Below are positions 34,675 through 38,221 of a stretch of 38,221 nt of DNA, piece after piece. The notes beneath the pieces are model-generated. The model was not told the DNA's origin. It saw only the letters and a list, made by a program, of their open reading frames with translations, and did no database searches. The translations under genes and the position numbers were made by a program. How positions within the stretch are numbered: position 1 is the stretch's first letter; every line of letters begins with the position of its first letter. The stretch spans positions 1 through 38,221 of the forward strand of contig JASFEJ010000001.1 of the NCBI GenBank assembly GCA_050124895.1, given 5' to 3'. Origin of the DNA: Dehalococcoidia bacterium (lineage in GTDB: Bacteria > Chloroflexota > Dehalococcoidia > Dehalococcoidales > BS750m-G39).

Positions 34675-34893
34675 ATGGCTAAGGCTAAAATGATATGCCC
34701 CTTTTCGGAGGCTCTATGCAAAGACTGTCCCGTCTACCGTGGGCGGCACTATCTTTTGTGTTATTGCGAGAAGTATCGGGGGGCTCTACCGGAAGCCTTG
34801 AAGAACCTGCCCCTATCGAAGTCCAACGGCAAGTTCGTCATGCCTTCCCTCCCCCACCTTAAGGAAGACCCCTATATTGATGAGTTGTTGTAG
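34675..34893 (+). CDS. hypothetical Cys-rich 72-aa protein
   Basis: MAKAKMICPFSEALCKDCPVYRGRHYLLCYCEKYRG... has five Cys in the first 31 residues (C-x6-C-x2-C-x10-C-x-C). SD-like AAGGAAGAG upstream. Sits between flavoprotein 2 and coxG. Confidence 0.55.
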   Translation: MAKAKMICPFSEALCKDCPVYRGRHYLLCYCEKYRGALPEALKNLPLSKSNGKFVMPSLPHLKEDPYIDELL

Positions 34894-34922
34894 GACAAAA
34901 ACGACAGGAGGACTGAACAAGG

Positions 34923-35381
34923 ATGAAAATCGAGGGAAAGTTTACCATGAAAGCGCCCGTCCAGAAGGTCTGGGACTTCCTGTTGGCGCCCGGCACCCTG
35001 GCTTCTTGTATCCCCGGGGCCGAAAAGATGGAGCCTGTTGACGACACGACCTGGGAAGGCATCGTCAAGCAGAAGGTGGGCCCCATCGGCGTCAAGGTCC
35101 AGTTTACCCAGAAACTGACCGAGCTTGAAGCGCCCAAACACGTCAAAGCGGTGGGCCGGGGTGTCGCCATGGGCGGCGCCGGCACCTTCAGCCAGGAGAC
35201 CATCGTCGACATGAAAGAGATTGCTGGCGGCGAGGTGGAGATTGCTTACAGCTCCAACGTGAACATGGTGGGGCGGCTGGCGACCTTCGGCGAGAGAATA
35301 ATGCGCGCCAAGGTCAACAAAGTTGGTGAACAGTTTATCACCAACCTACAGAAAAAACTCAAGGAAGAGCTGGGTGGCTAG
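34923..35381 (+). CDS. CoxG/SRPBCC family protein
   Basis: 152 aa. MKIEGKFTMKAPVQKVWDFLLAPGTLASCIPGAEKME... is typical of the carbon monoxide dehydrogenase subunit G family. Confidence 0.88.
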   Translation: MKIEGKFTMKAPVQKVWDFLLAPGTLASCIPGAEKMEPVDDTTWEGIVKQKVGPIGVKVQFTQKLTELEAPKHVKAVGRGVAMGGAGTFSQETIVDMKEIAGGEVEIAYSSNVNMVGRLATFGERIMRAKVNKVGEQFITNLQKKLKEELGG

Positions 35382-35405
35382 AGAAATGGAAACGGAGGCT
35401 TAGGA

Positions 35406-36275
35406 ATGATAAACGACTTTGAATACTTCACCCCCAAGACGCTCAAGGAAGCCCTTGCCCTGCTGGATAAATACCAGGACGATTGCAAGGTAATCTGCGG
35501 CGGGCAATCACTGCTGGTATTGATGCGGCAGGGACTGGTCGCCCCTCCCTACCTGATTGATATCAAGGGCGTATCCGAGCTAAGCTACATCAAGGACGAG
35601 AAGGACGGGCTCAAAATCGGCGCCACCACCACCCACCGCGCCGTTGAGAAATCGGCGGTCATCAAGAAGAAATACCCCGTGCTGGCCAAGATGGAGACCC
35701 GCCTGGCCTCGATTCAGACCCGCAACTGGGGCACCATCGGCGGCAACGTCTGCCACGGCGACCCCGCGGGCGACCCAGCACCGGTATTTATTGCGCTGGG
35801 CGCCACCTTCACCATGACTGGCTCCAAGGGCAAAAGAAGTATGCCCGCCGAAGACTTTACCCTGGACTACTTCGAGACGGCGCTGAAAGAGGGCGAGCTG
35901 CTCACCGAGATTTCAATACCGCCAGTTCCGGCCAAAACTGGCACCGCCTATTACAAGTTCAACGTGATTGAAAGCGACCTGGCCACCGCCAGTGTCGCCG
36001 CCACGGTTACGCTGGGCGCGGGCGATGTCTGCAAGGACATTCGCCTTGCCCTCGGTGCGTCGGCGCCGACTCCGATCAGACCCAAGAAGGCGGAGGCGAT
36101 ACTAAAGGGCAAAAAGATTACCGACGCCCTGCTGGCTCAAGCCGGAGAAGCCGCCTCCAAGGAGTCAGAACCGATATCCGATATCTACGCCTCGGAAGAG
36201 TACCGGCGCGAGCTGATTAAGGTACTGGTGCCCAGATTGACCAAAGAGGCCATGGCCGAGGCGAAGAAGGCTTAA
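35406..36275 (+). CDS. Mo-hydroxylase FAD-binding (medium, CoxM/XdhB-like) subunit
   Basis: 289 aa. FEYFTPKTLKEALALL...ICGGQSL...GTIGGNV motifs of the FAD_binding_5/CO_deh_flav_C family. No Cys-rich 4Fe-4S insertion. Confidence 0.9.
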   Translation: MINDFEYFTPKTLKEALALLDKYQDDCKVICGGQSLLVLMRQGLVAPPYLIDIKGVSELSYIKDEKDGLKIGATTTHRAVEKSAVIKKKYPVLAKMETRLASIQTRNWGTIGGNVCHGDPAGDPAPVFIALGATFTMTGSKGKRSMPAEDFTLDYFETALKEGELLTEISIPPVPAKTGTAYYKFNVIESDLATASVAATVTLGAGDVCKDIRLALGASAPTPIRPKKAEAILKGKKITDALLAQAGEAASKESEPISDIYASEEYRRELIKVLVPRLTKEAMAEAKKA

Positions 36276-36292
36276 TAGAGAGGTTTGATGAT

Positions 36293-36772
36293 ATGAAAAA
36301 AGAGCTAAAATTCAAAGTTAACGGCCAACCCTACGAAATCTTTGTCAAACCCAAAACCCTGCTCTCGGAGGTCCTGAGAGACGAACTGGGGCTTACCGGA
36401 ACCAAGCGGGGCTGCAACTCCAGCTCCTGCGGGGCCTGCACCGTAATGCTCAACGGCATGTCGGTCAAGTCCTGCTCCGTGCTGGCCCTCCAGGCCAACG
36501 GCGCCGAGGTGGTGACGGTGGAGGGACTGGCTAAAGGCAACAAACTGAGTCCCCTACAGAGAGCCTTCCTCGACAACGGCTCCTACCAGTGCGGCTTCTG
36601 CACTCCGGGAATGCTGATGTCGTCCACGGCACTGCTCACCGAAAACCCCAAGCCCACCAAAGCAGAGATAAAAGAGGGCATCGACGGCAACATCTGCCGC
36701 TGCACCGGTTACAACAGCATCATCCGGGCCATAACCGCCGTGGTTAAGGGTGAATATAAGGAGGCGAAATGA
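36293..36772 (+). CDS. Mo-hydroxylase (2Fe-2S)-binding small (CoxS/XdhC-type) subunit
   Basis: 159 aa. Cluster motifs CNSSSCGACTV and QCGFCTPGM...CRCTGY. Confidence 0.93.
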   Translation: MKKELKFKVNGQPYEIFVKPKTLLSEVLRDELGLTGTKRGCNSSSCGACTVMLNGMSVKSCSVLALQANGAEVVTVEGLAKGNKLSPLQRAFLDNGSYQCGFCTPGMLMSSTALLTENPKPTKAEIKEGIDGNICRCTGYNSIIRAITAVVKGEYKEAK

Positions 36773-38221
36773 CGACGCAATTTAAGATACTCGGTCAACG
36801 GGTACATAACATCGACGGCACGGAAAAGGTAACCGGCAGCGCCAAATACACCTTTGATGTTGTCCTGCCTAACATGCTCTACGGCAAGGTCAAGAGGAGC
36901 CCCTACCCCCACGCCAAGATTATCAAGATTGACACCTCCAAAGCCAAAAAGCTTATCGGCGTCAAGGCGGTGGTCACGGGCAAGGATACCCCGGGGCACA
37001 AACAGGGCATCTGGCGGCGTTTCCCCGAGCTCTGTGACGAGGAAATCCTCTGCCGTGAAAAAGTCCGCTATATCGGCGACCCGGTAGCGGCCGTAGCCGC
37101 CATCGACGAGGATACCGCCGAAGAGGCGCTGGACTTAATCGAGGTTGAATACGACCCCCTACCCGCCGTCTACGACCCCCTGGAAGGCATCAAGGAAGAT
37201 GCCCCCCAGGTCCACGACGGCGTCGAGCTTAACATCAATATCAACCGCCATATCGAGTGGGGCGATGTCGACGAGGCCTTCCAGAAGTGCGACTACATCC
37301 GCGAAGACCAGTTCAAGTGCTCTTCACAGGCGCACGTCTGCATGGAGACCCACGACGCCGTGGCCAGCTTCGGCCACAACGGCAAGCTCACCGTGTGGAC
37401 ATCGACCCAGTCTTCGTACTATATCCAGCGGCTCTATGCCGATATGCTGGATATTAGAGAGAGCGACATCAGAGTGATGAACCGCCACACCGGCGGCGGC
37501 TTCGGCTCCAAGTTCGAGCTCGACTCGGCCCAGTTCTGCGCCGCTGTCCTCTCCCAGAAGCTCTGCCGGCCGGTGAAGATAGTATTAACCCGGGAAGAGG
37601 AGTTCACCGCCACCAAGCGCCGCACCCCCATGTATTACTTCCTCAAGCTCGGCGCTACTAAGGACGGCAAGTTCCAAGCTAAGGAAGCCCGCGTCATCAC
37701 CGAGGGCGGCGCCTACACGGCTATGGGTGCCACCGCCCTCTACCTGACCGGTTTCTTCTCCTCCTTCCCTTACAAGTTCCCCAACTACCGCTACGACGGC
37801 TATCGTGTCTACACCAATACCGAGCCGAGCTCGGCTATGCGCGGCTTCGGCGCTCCCCAGTCGACATTCGTCGGCGAATCCCAGATTGACATGTTGGCCG
37901 ACGACCTGGGCATAGACCCCATCGAAATCAGGCGCATCAACGGCATGACCCCCAACTACGAAGTCCCCGGACAGGCCTTCATCCAGAGCTGCGGCCTGCA
38001 CCAGTGCCTGGACAAGATTGAAGAGCACATCGAGAAGCGGGGCAAGCTGCCCGCCAACCACGGCATCGGTGTTTCCGCCTACGGCTTTATGTCCGGCGGT
38101 ATCTTTAACTGGTTCAACACCCCCTACGCCTTCTCGGCGGCGAGGGTCCAGATAAACATCGACGGCAAGGTTGATGTTTACACCGGCGCCTGCGATATGG
38201 GTCAGGGCTCCAACACCACCC
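36769..38221 (+). CDS. Mo-hydroxylase molybdopterin-binding large subunit (xanthine dehydrogenase/aldehyde oxidase family), 3'-truncated by the window end
   Basis: Missing from the track because there is no stop in the window. ATG at 36769 overlaps the small-subunit stop (ATGA). My translation: MTTQFKILGQRVHNIDGTEKVTGSAKYTFDV..., with GGGFGSK (from 37492) and SSAMRGFGAPQ. The open frame continues to 38221. Confidence 0.9.
   Translation, partial: MTTQFKILGQRVHNIDGTEKVTGSAKYTFDVVLPNMLYGKVKRSPYPHAKIIKIDTSKAKKLIGVKAVVTGKDTPGHKQGIWRRFPELCDEEILCREKVRYIGDPVAAVAAIDEDTAEEALDLIEVEYDPLPAVYDPLEGIKEDAPQVHDGVELNININRHIEWGDVDEAFQKCDYIREDQFKCSSQAHVCMETHDAVASFGHNGKLTVWTSTQSSYYIQRLYADMLDIRESDIRVMNRHTGGGFGSKFELDSAQFCAAVLSQKLCRPVKIVLTREEEFTATKRRTPMYYFLKLGATKDGKFQAKEARVITEGGAYTAMGATALYLTGFFSSFPYKFPNYRYDGYRVYTNTEPSSAMRGFGAPQSTFVGESQIDMLADDLGIDPIEIRRINGMTPNYEVPGQAFIQSCGLHQCLDKIEEHIEKRGKLPANHGIGVSAYGFMSGGIFNWFNTPYAFSAARVQINIDGKVDVYTGACDMGQGSNTT

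Noticed and set aside
34923-38221. Annotating coxG plus the M, S and L subunits as aerobic carbon monoxide dehydrogenase.
   Set aside because: The large subunit shows SSAMRGFGAPQ at the position of the active-site loop, rather than the AYRCSFR (form I) signature. Generic xanthine-dehydrogenase-family hydroxylase is all the sequence supports. The large subunit is also truncated by the window end.

Overview
Gene-dense bacterial chromosomal window with GC-rich coding sequence, short AT-rich spacers, many 4-nt start/stop overlaps and two convergent gene pairs sharing palindromic stop codons. I support 44 protein-coding genes, one of them 3'-truncated, plus 4 tRNAs and one T-box leader. I see no rRNA, CRISPR array, transposase, integrase or obvious defence island. 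The style (T-box on ileS, near-consensus sigma70 promoters, apparently leaderless genes, streamlined packing) suggests a Chloroflexota/Dehalococcoidia-like or other monoderm anaerobe; this is only an inference. Contents by position: 1-1200, tRNA-Thr, tRNA-Glu, DUF169 and tRNA-Gln. 1279-3418 (+), rnc, a mini-ORF, a PflX-type radical SAM gene and acylphosphatase. 3415-12676 (-), a long co-directional run: small ORF, DUF362, moeA, mobA, MBL hydrolase, M42 peptidase, P-loop kinase, alpha/beta hydrolase, two DegV genes, a membrane protein and PadR. 12700-13180, an AT-rich spacer holding a 47-aa hydrophobic mini-ORF bracketed by a perfect 15-bp inverted repeat. 13181-16620 (-), a translationally coupled ATP-grasp (ACD-beta) / AMP-ligase / FabF trio. 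Then htrA and a T-box-controlled ileS. 21300-25507 (-), rpmH-rnpA-yidD-[beta-propeller lipoprotein]-yidC-jag-DUF169. Then rpsF-ssb-rpsR, tRNA-Asp, trxB and ACD-alpha. 29736-38221 (+), a redox gene cluster: Zn-ribbon ORF, two VAO/PCMH-like flavoproteins flanking an HdrD/GlcF-like CCG Fe-S protein, a Cys-rich mini-protein, CoxG and a xanthine-dehydrogenase-family Mo-hydroxylase (FAD, 2Fe-2S and Mo subunits). Best candidates for something undescribed: (i) that flavoprotein/CCG/Mo-hydroxylase cluster; (ii) the IR-bracketed hydrophobic mini-ORF, which resembles a type I toxin; (iii) the BamB-like propeller lipoprotein inserted between yidD and yidC, together with the 113-nt yidC/jag overlap; (iv) the ATP-grasp/adenylase/ketosynthase trio. 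All family assignments are from motif recognition by eye; no database search was run.
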